Assembly: GCA_965207735.1 (NCBI GenBank)
Contig: OZ242296.1
Location: 3,392,001 to 3,456,000 of the forward strand
DNA length: 64,000 bases
Reading direction: 5' to 3'
DNA from: Candidatus Versatilivorator sp.
GTDB taxonomy: Bacteria > Acidobacteriota > Terriglobia > Versatilivoradales > Versatilivoraceae
A program made the position numbers and the translations under genes. The notes below the pieces were generated by a model, which ran no database searches, was not told the origin of the DNA, and saw only the letters and a program-made list of their open reading frames with translations. Shown piece after piece: positions 28,762-37,870 of the stretch; the first letter of the stretch is position 1, and each line of letters begins with the position of its first letter.

Positions 28762-29139
28762 CTACGCGTTCATCGTACGAACCCCATAGAGGGGGATACG
28801 AACATCCCGGGTGACGAGGATCAACCCCTCCACCTGAGCTTGCGCGATCAGCATTCGGTCGAACGGATCTCCGTGTTGCGGTGGAAGCGCACCCGCCTGC
28901 TCCGCGTGAAGAAACGTGAGATTCAGAGGGATGAAGTCCTGTTCCTTGACCGCCGCTTCCAGATTTTCCGGAGCCTTCAGCTTCCCCAGAGCCCGCTTGA
29001 CGGCAATCTCCCAACCACTGACCGAACTGGCGAAGACTTCGTTTCCTGCATCCTGCAAAGCATCGCGGGTACGACGACTTAGCTTGCGGGGCTCAGTCAA
29101 CGACCACAGCAGAACATGGGTATCCAACAGCAAGCGCAC
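28762..29139 (-). CDS. VapC/PIN domain toxin
   Basis: LLLDTHVLLW, WEIAVK, HGDPFDRMLIAQA and LVTRD motifs. Confidence 0.92.
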   Translation of the reverse strand: MRLLLDTHVLLWSLTEPRKLSRRTRDALQDAGNEVFASSVSGWEIAVKRALGKLKAPENLEAAVKEQDFIPLNLTFLHAEQAGALPPQHGDPFDRMLIAQAQVEGLILVTRDVRIPLYGVRTMNA

Positions 29140-29141
29140 GA

Positions 29142-29399
29142 CTACTTCTCTTCATCGGGAAATATCTTCGAGTTCCAGAAGGCGTCGATGACCTCCTGGG
29201 GCGTCTCATCAAAGTCCGGAGCAATCCAGATCTGTCCTTTCAGCGCCCCCAGCTTACGCTTGGTCTTATTCTCGCGAAACGGCACCAGGCGCAAATAGGG
29301 TTCGCCGGCCTTGGCGATCACGATCTGCTCTCCTTCCCAGGCCAACTTTCCGAGCCGTGAGAGCTGCGACTTGGCTTCGTGCATGTTGACTTTCTTCAT
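29142..29399 (-). CDS. Phd/YefM family antitoxin
   Basis: VNMHEAKSQLSRL...GE.IVIAKAG.P...L and I.IAPDFDE. Confidence 0.9.
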   Translation of the reverse strand: MKKVNMHEAKSQLSRLGKLAWEGEQIVIAKAGEPYLRLVPFRENKTKRKLGALKGQIWIAPDFDETPQEVIDAFWNSKIFPDEEK

Positions 29400-29408
29400 T
29401 GGAACTCT

Positions 29409-29437
29409 AAAGTAGCTAAGTTAGCTAATGTTGTCAA
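29409..29437 (-). promoter_or_regulatory. Sigma70-like promoter with TA operator for phd-vapC (probably near-leaderless)
   Basis: TTGACA-17 nt-TACTTT, 9 nt before the ATG; the spacer carries tandem palindromes TTAGCTAA/TTAGCTAC. Confidence 0.7.
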
Positions 29438-29505
29438 CTTTGGAGCAGCCGCCAAAACATCTTCTGAGTGAACACTCCGATCCGTCGATAACCGACAAGC
29501 CGCCG

Positions 29506-30147
29506 TCACTCCGACTTCGGTTTCGACCGGCGGCGCCGACGCGACTTCCTTGCCTCATGATCTTCCGGGGTGATCTTGCCTATGGCTTCCATCTCGCGAA
29601 TAAAGGCTCGATAGTCCGCCAACAACGCGGTCACGTCCTCCTCTACATCCGGATAGCGGGAGAAGGCACACTCCCGAACGTCCAGCACCACTACCACTTG
29701 AGGGTCACCTGAATAACCGCGGATGAAGAACTGATACCGAAACTGTTCCGCCTGCGGATAGAGCACGAAATAGGAGCGCCACTGAACACTGCCCGAATAC
29801 TTCTCCACCTTGGGGTAACGACTCAGCAACTTGTAATCCAGAATGGTCTTGCCCTGAATGGCATCCAGACGGCCGACCAGCTTCACATTCTCCCCGCCAA
29901 TGGCAAACTCCCGGGACAAGGGAATTTCACAGGAATCGGGCTGTATCGGAGTGAAATCCAGTTTGAATACAACCCGGTCGGCGTAGTCGCGACCTCCAGT
30001 TTCCAGAAACCGGTGAAACCTGGTGCCGGCTCGCATCGCCGGCGTCGGAGGAATCAGGCGCTTCCATCGCGCCAACCACTGCTCGAAGGTCTGATCGGTA
30101 TTCCTGAACCTCCGGTAATCAGCCAGCTCCGTAACTGAAACCCTCAT
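29506..30147 (-). CDS. PD-(D/E)XK (RecB-like, phage-type) nuclease
   Basis: GTRFH, LVGRLDAI...ILDYK and QWRSY (QxxxY); AAGGA RBS before ATG 30147; an in-frame upstream ATG at 30213. Confidence 0.75.
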   Translation of the reverse strand: MRVSVTELADYRRFRNTDQTFEQWLARWKRLIPPTPAMRAGTRFHRFLETGGRDYADRVVFKLDFTPIQPDSCEIPLSREFAIGGENVKLVGRLDAIQGKTILDYKLLSRYPKVEKYSGSVQWRSYFVLYPQAEQFRYQFFIRGYSGDPQVVVVLDVRECAFSRYPDVEEDVTALLADYRAFIREMEAIGKITPEDHEARKSRRRRRSKPKSE

Positions 30148-30169
30148 AGTCCTTTCCCATGAATTTCTC

Positions 30170-30213
30170 GGTACGCAGGTAGCAAATCCAGACCGAATAC
30201 CGACCGGAATCAT
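30170..30213 (-). pseudogene. Decayed vapC 5' stub
   Basis: ATG ATT CCG GTC GGT AT- TCG GTC TGG ATT TGC TAC CTG CGT = MIPVG/SVWICYLR, resembling the VapC start MILVDTSVWIDYLR with a 1-nt loss; ATGA overlap with the vapB stop. Confidence 0.6.
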
Positions 30214-30407
30214 GTCAAGCGAACCTGCCGGCGCGGGACCGATTCCAGTTCCGGCTCGCTTCCGCCAAGACGGACCAACCGCCGGGCGCTACCGCGCTCA
30301 ATGAGAGCACGCAAACCTTCCCGGATCAATGCCGACTTGCTCTTTAAGCCAGTAAGGCGTTGAGCTTCTTCCAGCAAGCGGTCATCAATGTTGACGGTGG
30401 TCTTCAT
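30210..30407 (-). CDS. VapB-family (RHH) antitoxin
   Basis: MKTTVNIDDRLLEEAQRLTG...KSALIREGLRALIER...RRLVRLGGSEP. Confidence 0.88.
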   Translation of the reverse strand: MKTTVNIDDRLLEEAQRLTGLKSKSALIREGLRALIERGSARRLVRLGGSEPELESVPRRQVRLT

Positions 30408-30699
30408 CCGATCCCCCTGTCTCAAGCTGTAAAATACGCGCCGCATGAATCGTTTACATCCAAGATGACATCATTTTGGTGATGGCATTCACTCTGGGTT
30501 GGCGTTCGGCAAGCCTTCGACGAATCACTTGGCATGGTACCTGGATTCTCCACCGTTTGGGCTTGATGAGCATGGCTTGTTGGCATAGCCTTGTCGCGGC
30601 TCCGCGGCGGCGCGGAGCGATGGACGCGGCTCGGACCGCCGCCTGAGACCCGGGCCTGCAAGGTCCCCGCAGATTTGGGAAGAGAGAAAATTCGGCTCC

Positions 30700-31740
30700 A
30701 TGCTCCTGCGCCCACTCATTCACACTCTGGAGAGACGGTTCCATCAGCGGGACATCGACCGCCGCCTGGTCAGACCCTTCGAGTGGGGAAACGAGTTTCT
30801 GGATGACGGGCGCCCCGGTGGCAGCCCCCTCGACCGGATTCAGGAGCACAACCGTCAGGCCCTGGCCGCCAGCCACGCCTACTTCGCCCCTCCTCCCTCC
30901 AAGCCCGGCCAATTCGATTTCGACGGCTTCCGGCTGCGCTTTCCCAGCGCCATCCAAACTCCCTATCCCGAAAACAACACCGTACATGCGCGCTACTTTC
31001 CGGCAGGCGAGATGGCGGCCATCGTCCTTCCCCAGTGGAACGGCGACGAGCAGGCCCACGTGGGGCTCTGCAAGGCGCTGCAGCGCTTCGGTGTCGGTGC
31101 CCTGCGTCTCAGTCTGCCCTACCACGACCGGCGCCGCCCGGAGGGCCTGGAACGCGCCGACTACATGGTGGGTCCCAATATCGGCCGCACCATTCAGGCC
31201 GTCCGGCAGGCGGTTCAGGACGTGCGCCGAGCCGCCGACTGGCTGGCGGGCCAGGGGATTCGCCGCATCGGACTGCTGGGAACCAGCATCGGCTCCTGCG
31301 TGGGCTGGCTGGCCTTCGTGCACGACCCGCGGCTCGATCTGGGGGCCTTCAACCACGTGTCGAGTTACTTCGGGGACGTGGTGTGGCGGGGAATCACCAC
31401 CTCTCACATCCGCAAGACGCTGGAACAGCACATGACCCAGGCGGAAGTCCGCCAGGCCTGGCTGGCCCTGAGTCCGATTGCCTACGTCTCCAGGCTCAAG
31501 GGCAATTCCCGCCCCATGCTGATGCTTTCGGCTCTCTACGACCTGTCGTTTCCGCCCGACCTCTCGCGCCGGCTTTTCGATCAGGTGGACCGGGAGCAAA
31601 TCCGGGTCCGGAAGGTCTTTCTTCCCTGCGGGCACTATACCGGCGGAAGGCCGCCTTTCAGCTACCTGACCGGCTTTCATCTCGTCAACTTCTTCCGCCG
31701 CCAGCGGCAAGCCTTCCTCAAGAGCGAATCCGCGACCTGA
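30700..31740 (+). CDS. Alpha/beta hydrolase (ABHD18-like)
   Basis: LPYHDRRRP, GTSIG nucleophile, YDLSF and LPCGHYT motifs. Confidence 0.8.
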   Translation: MLLRPLIHTLERRFHQRDIDRRLVRPFEWGNEFLDDGRPGGSPLDRIQEHNRQALAASHAYFAPPPSKPGQFDFDGFRLRFPSAIQTPYPENNTVHARYFPAGEMAAIVLPQWNGDEQAHVGLCKALQRFGVGALRLSLPYHDRRRPEGLERADYMVGPNIGRTIQAVRQAVQDVRRAADWLAGQGIRRIGLLGTSIGSCVGWLAFVHDPRLDLGAFNHVSSYFGDVVWRGITTSHIRKTLEQHMTQAEVRQAWLALSPIAYVSRLKGNSRPMLMLSALYDLSFPPDLSRRLFDQVDREQIRVRKVFLPCGHYTGGRPPFSYLTGFHLVNFFRRQRQAFLKSESAT

Positions 31741-31757
31741 CCAACGAGTGTCAATCT

Positions 31758-33287
31758 TCACCGACCGGGATAGCGCCGAACCGTCATTTCAGGCTCAACG
31801 GTCTCGGGCATGGCATCCAGCGGGTAAACCGGCCTGCGAATGCGCCGAAAGGGCAGCATGCGCATATCGGCGGGCGTGGGCCCGGGAACGGCCACCACGA
31901 AGAAGTCTTTCATGATGCCGCCGTAGCCCACCCGGAAGTTCATCATGTTCTTGACGCAGATGAACTTGGCCTGGCGGGGGTCCAGTCCCGTCGAGCGGTA
32001 CTGCTCGTCGGCCCACTCGTAGGTGGGACGGCTCATGACCAGCAGTTGGAGGCTGCCAACCTGCAGGACCACCGTGCGTCCCATGGAGACTTCGGCGCCT
32101 GCCAGGATGCCCCCCCGGTAACGGAAGCGGCCCTCCGATTTCCGCCGCAGCACGGCCTTGAGCGCCAGGGGCTTGCCCCACTGCGGGTCCAGGCGGTGGC
32201 CCACCTTTACGGGGAAACGGCTGCCGGGCTCCCGATGCCAGCAGTCACCGACGGCTTGGGGATCGACCACCATGGCCAGGCAGGGCTCCTCGACCCCGAG
32301 CTCGATCAGGTCTCCGACCAGTGCAACGCTGTCGCCGGCGGCGCCGCCCCCGGTGGTATCGGCGGTATCCAGCAGAAGGACGGGGCCTCCCGGAACCCGC
32401 CGGCCACGCTCCACCGCGTCGGCCACCGTGAGCGTCTCCACTCGATAGGCCTCGCGCTCGCCCCAGTGCTGGAGAGCCAGCCGTCGGGCCAATTCCCCGG
32501 CCAGGGCCTCTTCTCCCTCGGTAATCACCAGCGAACTGCAACCCATTTCCGGAACGTCGATGTAGGCGCCCAGGTTGAAGACCGAGGCCGCCAGGACCTC
32601 CGGCCGCGTCTGCTCCATGCGGTCGGCCTGCCGCCGCAGCCTGGCGAAGGCCCCATCCCCCTCGGTGGAGGCGTTGAAGCTGGTCAGAATCAGGGGCAAC
32701 CGGGCCAGTGCCATGGCCGGACGGCTCTGCCCCCTGGCTGCCCGCAACAACAGCCTGGCCGCACGTTGACCTGTCCGGAAGGCGTCGCGATGGGGATAGG
32801 TATGGTAACCAAGGAGGATATCCGCCGCCTGAACCATGGACCTGGTCAGGTTGCCATGCAGGTCGAGCGTGAGGGCCAGGGGAACCCGCGGGCCGACCAT
32901 ATTGCGGAGGGCGAAGGCCAGGTCTCCCTCGGGATCGTCCAGGTCCTGGACACCCATGGAGCCATGGCAAGACAGGAGGATGCCGTGAACCGGCCGGTGC
33001 CGTCGCAACCCTTCAAGCAAGCGCCGCTTCAGGGAGCGGTAGCATTTCGCCGAAAGCGGATTGCCGGAGTTGGCCCGCGCGGCTACCAGCGGGACCACCT
33101 CGACCTGCTCCTCCGACTGGAGGATGGAAAGAAAACCGCCGACTTCAGTGTCCGACCGGCCGAGGGCCAGCAGCTCGGCGCCTTCCAACAGGTAGCCGGT
33201 GGTGCGAAAGAAGTCCAAACCGGCCAGGCCCGTCACGAAATGGTTGGACTCGGATGAAATCTGAGCAACAGCGATGCGCAGGCTCAT
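31758..33287 (-). CDS. M81 (MlrC-like) metallopeptidase
   Basis: ESNHF, HGSM..DDPEGDL, LDLHGN, YPHRD and DTTGGG..GD motifs. Confidence 0.9.
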   Translation of the reverse strand: MSLRIAVAQISSESNHFVTGLAGLDFFRTTGYLLEGAELLALGRSDTEVGGFLSILQSEEQVEVVPLVAARANSGNPLSAKCYRSLKRRLLEGLRRHRPVHGILLSCHGSMGVQDLDDPEGDLAFALRNMVGPRVPLALTLDLHGNLTRSMVQAADILLGYHTYPHRDAFRTGQRAARLLLRAARGQSRPAMALARLPLILTSFNASTEGDGAFARLRRQADRMEQTRPEVLAASVFNLGAYIDVPEMGCSSLVITEGEEALAGELARRLALQHWGEREAYRVETLTVADAVERGRRVPGGPVLLLDTADTTGGGAAGDSVALVGDLIELGVEEPCLAMVVDPQAVGDCWHREPGSRFPVKVGHRLDPQWGKPLALKAVLRRKSEGRFRYRGGILAGAEVSMGRTVVLQVGSLQLLVMSRPTYEWADEQYRSTGLDPRQAKFICVKNMMNFRVGYGGIMKDFFVVAVPGPTPADMRMLPFRRIRRPVYPLDAMPETVEPEMTVRRYPGR

Positions 33288-33309
33288 CTATCCCATCCAC
33301 AATCGGGAG

Positions 33310-35034
33310 CTAACGCCTGGAATTGCGTCCCGTCTTTTCGTAGGGGCCGACATCGGGATCGTCGTCCGTCCAGAAGTTCTTGCTGATCAGATACTTGGTC
33401 TCGAGTTCCACGTCGCCGAGCCGAACATGGCCGGTGGCCAGGTCAGGGTCCCGATGGGTGAGGGTCACCTCGAGCAGATTGCTCCCCTGCCTGGGCCAGT
33501 ATTGACGATCCAGCTTGTAGACAAACCAGTAGCCTCCGATCCGCTTGCAGGGGGCGTACATCTTGTACATCTGGTTAATCTTTTTCAGCGCCGATTCCGG
33601 CAGGGTCTTGCCGTTGAGGCTGATGTTCAACCGCTCCCGTTCGTTGACCCCTATGCGCAAGCGCAGCAGAACTTCTCGGACGATACCCTCCCGGTCCCAG
33701 TGCATCAGGTCGTCGGCGATGGTCACCTCAATTTTGGCTGTCTGGCCTGGTTTCAGCTCGACCGGCAGGGTCGGCTGCGCTTCGGAGGCCGGGATGCCCC
33801 GGGTCCCCCCATAGTCCCCTTGGGTCATCACCACATAGAACTTGTCCTTGGGGGCCATGATGTCGGGATGGTCGATCTCTCGCAACTGGGCGTAGAAATC
33901 GGCCCGATAGGGCCAGTTGGCACCCGCGAACCACTGAGCCAGATAGAGCCCGTCGACACCCTGCTGCCAGTAGTTGCACGCCATGGCCCGAGTCATTTCG
34001 ATGGTGGCGCTCAGCAGGCGGTCGGAGCTGACGATGCTGTTGATGGCGGCGAAGGCGCGGCACTCGGACCCCTTGACGGCTTCCACCAGCGGGTGGAAAT
34101 CGGCCATGGTGTCCAGCCGCCCCCAATAGGTCTCCCCCACCAGAACATCGACGATGCCTTGCCGGATCCATTCCCGGTAGTCGAGTCCCAGAGAATAGGC
34201 CTGGTCGATGTCGTTGGGGACACGCAGCACCAGTTCGCGATCAGGGTCGTCGGCCTTCAAAGCCTCATAGACCCTCTTGAGCCAGGCGGTCATGAGGGGG
34301 CGGCCTGCCGCCACCTCGTTGGGATGAAAGAAGTAGGGCCCGGGACTGATGTAGTTGAGTTGGAGCTCCAAGCCGTCGATGGGGTAATTCTTGGCGACCT
34401 CTTCAATCAGCGCGAAGCGCTCCTGGCGCACCTCCTCGTGCTTGAAGTCCTGATTGGTCTTCCCCGGGAACTTCGGCAGATCTCCCCTGGCTCCAATTTC
34501 CAGGTGTCGGTTTTCGAGGCGATATTTCGAGGTGCGCACGTCCCCCTCGATGGAGGAGCCACGCTGACCCTGATTGAGCAATAGGGTGGGATAAAGCAAC
34601 ATCCCCTTGGCATGGGCTCGTTCGCAGCAGACCCCCAGCGGATCGACGCCCCGGTCCAGAGCCCCCCGCACGTTCTGCCCGGCGCGGTGGAAGACGGCAT
34701 GGGTCCACTTGTCCACCGGATCCCCCCACACCTCGCTGACCTTGGTGTCATGAAAGACGGTTCGCCCGTCACCCAGCCCCAGGCAGACGGCCTCCACCGA
34801 AGTGCCCACCAACTCGTCCACCGGCGCTTGGAACTGGCGCTTGGACATGGGCGGCTCGTAGTGATAGACCAGGTCGTGACGGCTGTCGTTGAAGTAGAGG
34901 ATGCGGGGTTTCCTTCTCCCCGAGCTGCTGCGCTTCGCCGCGGGCACGGCTGCGCCGGCCGTCGAGGCGGAAGCCGCCAGGCTGGAAACCAGGCCGGCGC
35001 CAAGAGTTTGCTTTACAAAGTCTCTTCTGATCAT
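33310..35034 (-). CDS. Tat-exported GHL10/DUF187-like TIM-barrel protein
   Basis: MIRRDFVK Tat leader with AAGGAG RBS; YFNDSRH, QDFKHEEVRQERF, YPIDGLEL and GVDGLYL motifs. Confidence 0.65.
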   Translation of the reverse strand: MIRRDFVKQTLGAGLVSSLAASASTAGAAVPAAKRSSSGRRKPRILYFNDSRHDLVYHYEPPMSKRQFQAPVDELVGTSVEAVCLGLGDGRTVFHDTKVSEVWGDPVDKWTHAVFHRAGQNVRGALDRGVDPLGVCCERAHAKGMLLYPTLLLNQGQRGSSIEGDVRTSKYRLENRHLEIGARGDLPKFPGKTNQDFKHEEVRQERFALIEEVAKNYPIDGLELQLNYISPGPYFFHPNEVAAGRPLMTAWLKRVYEALKADDPDRELVLRVPNDIDQAYSLGLDYREWIRQGIVDVLVGETYWGRLDTMADFHPLVEAVKGSECRAFAAINSIVSSDRLLSATIEMTRAMACNYWQQGVDGLYLAQWFAGANWPYRADFYAQLREIDHPDIMAPKDKFYVVMTQGDYGGTRGIPASEAQPTLPVELKPGQTAKIEVTIADDLMHWDREGIVREVLLRLRIGVNERERLNISLNGKTLPESALKKINQMYKMYAPCKRIGGYWFVYKLDRQYWPRQGSNLLEVTLTHRDPDLATGHVRLGDVELETKYLISKNFWTDDDPDVGPYEKTGRNSRR

Positions 35035-35142
35035 GGAGTTCTCCTTTCCCAAATCGGTTGGGACATGTGACGGGAAGCCGGTGGAGGACCGCGGTCCCCA
35101 AGGAGGCATCGCCTCCAAGCCGGGGTCTGTCGATCCCGTGTA

Positions 35143-35760
35143 TTACGGCGACTTCATCCTGGTGTCGACCCGGAGGTTGTTGGTCACCGTGAAGACCCCG
35201 CTGACCCCGTTGGCCTTGACGCCGGCCAGGTTCTTGTCTTCCTGGCTGGCGACCAGGCCCACCAGGATGACGTTGCCGTGTTTGACAATGATGTGGATGG
35301 GAAAGATTCCCAGAGGCTCTCGCTGAAAGTAGAGGATCTCGTGCTCGTTGCGAGTAAAGGCTCTCCAGGTCTCACCGCCAAACCCGTAACCGGCCAGGCC
35401 CTGTTCCTTGTAGATAGCCCGGAAGACAGCCATTCGTATGCGGTCGTCGTTGGTTGAGGCGGGTAGCACCTCGATCTGATTGTCCACCTTGACCACGCCT
35501 CCGACTCTGGACACTTCCCGCTCCGCCCAGGTCTTCAAGACGGGTTGAAAGGCGTATCCACCCAGAGTGACACGGTCTTCTTCCAGTTCAAAAACCAGGT
35601 GGTCGAACATGCCGTAGTAAGGAAGCTCCGCCAGCACCTTTTGGATTTTTTCCACCAGTTCTTCCCGGACCGGCTGTTGGAGAAGGGCATGACCGACTCC
35701 GACCCACCACAGCAGAGCCGCCGCCACGGCCACACGAACGAAAGAGCTCGATTGCCGCAT
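35143..35760 (-). CDS. BON domain protein (two BON domains)
   Basis: LPYYGMFD, VTLGG...VDNQIEVLP, IHIIVKHGNVILVG and GVFTVTNNL; signal peptide. Confidence 0.88.
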   Translation of the reverse strand: MRQSSSFVRVAVAAALLWWVGVGHALLQQPVREELVEKIQKVLAELPYYGMFDHLVFELEEDRVTLGGYAFQPVLKTWAEREVSRVGGVVKVDNQIEVLPASTNDDRIRMAVFRAIYKEQGLAGYGFGGETWRAFTRNEHEILYFQREPLGIFPIHIIVKHGNVILVGLVASQEDKNLAGVKANGVSGVFTVTNNLRVDTRMKSP

Positions 35761-35837
35761 GGTTCCTCCCTGAGATCTCCTGGATGCGGGCCCCACCCTT
35801 GGCGAGCATGCCGGGAGCCACTCTCCCACCGACCGGG

Positions 35838-37097
35838 TCAGTGCACGATCTTGCCGCTCTTTGGCCAGGGCTTCCAGCGCACGGCCTGCAGCGTGTGACC
35901 TCTGCCGTCAGGGCGGCCATTCCTTCCCAGCGCGCTATCGCCCGCAACGGTGACGATGGTCCCGTCCCTGCCGGCCGCCGCACTGCCGTAACCATGGCCC
36001 TTCATCAGGATGTAGACCTCCGGTTCCCAGGTCCCGCCTCCGTCCCAACTGACTCTGGCCCGAACGTCTCCCCCTTCATGGTACGGGTAGCGGTTTTCGT
36101 AGACGGCCACGACCCCTCCCCCGGGAAGAGAGGCCAGGGTGCCGTGAGCCTGGCCGAAGGTCCGGGTCAAGGGCCGGAAGTGGCGCCAGCTGCGTCCGCC
36201 GTCGTCGGAATTCGCCAACTGGATGGTCTTGCCCCCCAAACGGGAGTTGGGAACGCCTCGAATGGCGGCCAACACTCGCAGACCACCCAGAGAAACCAGG
36301 CCGGTCTCGGCGGCGGTGTTTCGGATCAGGGTCGGCTCTCCCCAGGTGAGTCCCTGGTCCCGGCTGCGAAAAAACACTTCGGCGAAGCGATCCGAGTGTT
36401 CCTCCTCCATCCCCGGATTGTAGGCATCCAGAGCCGCCAGCAGGGTTCCGTCTCCCAGGGCGATGATGGAGTTTCCGTCGCCGGCCAGCGCCCGATAGCC
36501 GGGAGGGGAACTGAGTGGACGGCTGCTCTCCCAATGCTCACCTCCGTCCCTGGAACGGGAGACGATCAGGGGACGCAATTCGTGCTCGCCGGCGGTAACC
36601 GCGGGGTTTTCTACCAACTCGGACATCACGGGCTGCATTGTGGTGGCGGCGTGGCACACCAGAATGTAGGTTCCGGCCGCGCCGAAGGCCTGGGCGGCCA
36701 CCGGTTCGCCGTGCGTGTTTGGCAGTCCCTGAAGCCGCCTGCCGGTCCAGCTCCTGCCGTCGTCGTCCGACCGGTAGAGATAGGTGCCGAATCCGGCGTA
36801 GAGGGTTCCATCCTCGGTCCTGACCACCCGGCCGTCCAGCCGCCAGGTGGAACCGGGAACCGGCAACCGCAGGCGTTCCGCCGACAGGGTCCCCAGTTCC
36901 CTGTGCACGGGCCTGAAGTCCCCTTTGCCCGCCATGTCGGTTCCCGGCCTCAGATAGGGCGTGGCCTCGACCACCCGGATCGGATAATCCAGTGAAGGGT
37001 CCGTCCGGCTGCGGAGCGGGTCTTCCTGGGCAGTCAGACGGCCGGACAATAGAATGGCGGCAGCCAGGAAAAGGGGGAGTCGCGTTCGAGAAAACAT
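35838..37097 (-). CDS. Secreted BNR/Asp-box (sialidase-like) beta-propeller protein
   Basis: Five Asp-boxes: SDDDGRSW, SRDGGEHW, SRDQGLTW, SDDGGRSW, SWDGGGTW. Confidence 0.82.
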   Translation of the reverse strand: MFSRTRLPLFLAAAILLSGRLTAQEDPLRSRTDPSLDYPIRVVEATPYLRPGTDMAGKGDFRPVHRELGTLSAERLRLPVPGSTWRLDGRVVRTEDGTLYAGFGTYLYRSDDDGRSWTGRRLQGLPNTHGEPVAAQAFGAAGTYILVCHAATTMQPVMSELVENPAVTAGEHELRPLIVSRSRDGGEHWESSRPLSSPPGYRALAGDGNSIIALGDGTLLAALDAYNPGMEEEHSDRFAEVFFRSRDQGLTWGEPTLIRNTAAETGLVSLGGLRVLAAIRGVPNSRLGGKTIQLANSDDGGRSWRHFRPLTRTFGQAHGTLASLPGGGVVAVYENRYPYHEGGDVRARVSWDGGGTWEPEVYILMKGHGYGSAAAGRDGTIVTVAGDSALGRNGRPDGRGHTLQAVRWKPWPKSGKIVH

Positions 37098-37376
37098 GTC
37101 GGCACCCAAGAGGGAACGGGCAGTGGAAACAGCAGGAATCAGGGCCATCAAAGCCTAGCAGAAATCGGAGTGCCGAGAGCGAAAAAAAGGGGAGTGAGAG
37201 GCTATGGCCCGGTCGGCTCTTGCTTCTCTCTTTTCGCCTGCCGGTGTGCCGGTGCGCGGCCCCTACTGGGATGACTCATAATCGGGCAGGAAAGACTTCA
37301 GGCATTTTCCAAGGGACTGGGTTGAGAGATTCGGGCGGATAAGGCGGCAGCGGTCCCATCCGGTCCCAGCATTGAC

Positions 37377-37405
37377 TTGTGCAGTGAACGGTATTACCGT
37401 ACACT
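37377..37405 (+). promoter_or_regulatory. Promoter with palindromic operator upstream of higA
   Basis: TTGTGC-17 nt-TACACT overlapped by the near-perfect 23-bp palindrome AGTGAACGGTATTACCGTACACT (37383-37405). Confidence 0.65.
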
Positions 37406-37430
37406 TGCCGAACTTGGAGGACTACCACTG

Positions 37431-37742
37431 ATGGCAACCAACAGTATCAAAGTGAACATGACCCCTTCGCATCCAGGCGACTTCATCCGCTCGGAGATCA
37501 TTGAGGAGTTGGGTCTGAACGTGACCAGCGCGGCCGAGATACTCGGAGTCCGTCGGGCGACGCTTTCGGACTTGCTGAATGGCAAGGCCGCACTATCGCC
37601 AGAGATGGCGCTACGCATCGAGAAGGCTTTTGCCGTGAGCATGGACATGTTGCTACGAATGCAGGCTTGGTATGACGCCACACAGATGCGCGCACAGGCA
37701 GACGAAATTAACGTTGAACGTTACCAACCACATCCCGTGTGA
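37431..37742 (+). CDS. higA: HigA-family antitoxin (HTH), orphan
   Basis: HPGDFIRSEII, AAEILGVRRATLSDLLNG..ALSPEMALRIEKAF and LRMQAWYD; GGAGG RBS. Confidence 0.9.
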   Translation: MATNSIKVNMTPSHPGDFIRSEIIEELGLNVTSAAEILGVRRATLSDLLNGKAALSPEMALRIEKAFAVSMDMLLRMQAWYDATQMRAQADEINVERYQPHPV

Positions 37743-37870
37743 AATCTCAGGATGACAACGTGTAAGGGGAGAACAGATAGTTTGCCTCGATGAAAAGGGC
37801 TCCTGGCCCTGAAGCGTTTGCAATTTCCGTACCGGTCCGATAGAGGCACACCAGACAAAAGGAGCGCAAC

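Noticed and set aside
29506-30147. Cas4/CRISPR association for the nuclease
   Set aside because: It lacks the four-Cys Fe-S motif, and no cas genes or array are seen in the window
31035-33257. 740-aa ORF and many other long overlapping or antisense ORFs (e.g. 8893-10383, 18622-20502, 61781-63091, 63115-63993)
   Set aside because: These are shadow ORFs typical of high-GC DNA; they overlap well-supported genes and carry no recognisable motifs
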